A stretch of DNA of 64,000 nt, from NCBI RefSeq assembly GCF_030144855.1, contig NW_026778990.1, positions 1,302,001-1,366,000 of the forward strand. The letters are read 5' to 3'. Under the pieces are notes generated by a model. That model did not search any database and had not been told where the DNA came from. It saw only the letters and a list, made by a program, of their open reading frames with translations. The stretch's first letter is position 1; each line of letters begins with the position of its first letter. Shown piece by piece: positions 63,801 to 64,000 of this stretch. A program made the position numbers and the translations under genes. This stretch comes from Hypanus sabinus (taxonomy: Eukaryota).

Positions 63801-64000
63801 ACAACTGCAGCGTAACTGCCTGACAATGGAACCACTATCTGGGAGTTATGAACTCGGATTCTAAGATCCCCCTGTAGACCAACACAGTCCAATCTCACCC
63901 CATGAATACAACACCAAGGGGATGGATAGATTTAACATTATCGCACAGCTCTTGAACTCTATCCCAAGTTGATGAAGGACAACACACTGGACGCCATCTT

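Overview
Eukaryotic, repeat-dense vertebrate genomic DNA, most likely from a cartilaginous fish (probably a ray). This is inferred from the CR1, Rex1, Nimb and Penelope repeat content and from the receptor family present. Most of the window is decayed or nested retroelements. The only intact host genes belong to a local cluster of three paralogous two-exon class A GPCRs of the GPR139/GPR142 type: gene A (+, 18544-20417, 327 aa), pseudogene B (-, 41543-42816) and gene C (-, 56261-58023, 327 aa). The ORF track misses the 76-77 bp first exon of all three. The most notable signal is that A, B and C are nearly identical in their cytoplasmic segments, even at silent sites, but differ by whole-codon changes at the classical ligand-pocket positions. 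They also share a compact promoter with invariant C/EBP-ATF (amino-acid-response-type), homeodomain and EBF-like motifs. That pattern fits a diversifying receptor repertoire, possibly chemosensory; this is a hypothesis and not shown. Other notable items: a C2H2 zinc-finger pseudogene with 8 near-identical His-less fingers behind an NRF1-rich CpG promoter; two apparently independent CR1 insertions at the same site of another CR1 family; and a fold-back Penelope element carrying a minimal hammerhead motif. Transposon boundaries are approximate, and all alignments and counts were done by eye.
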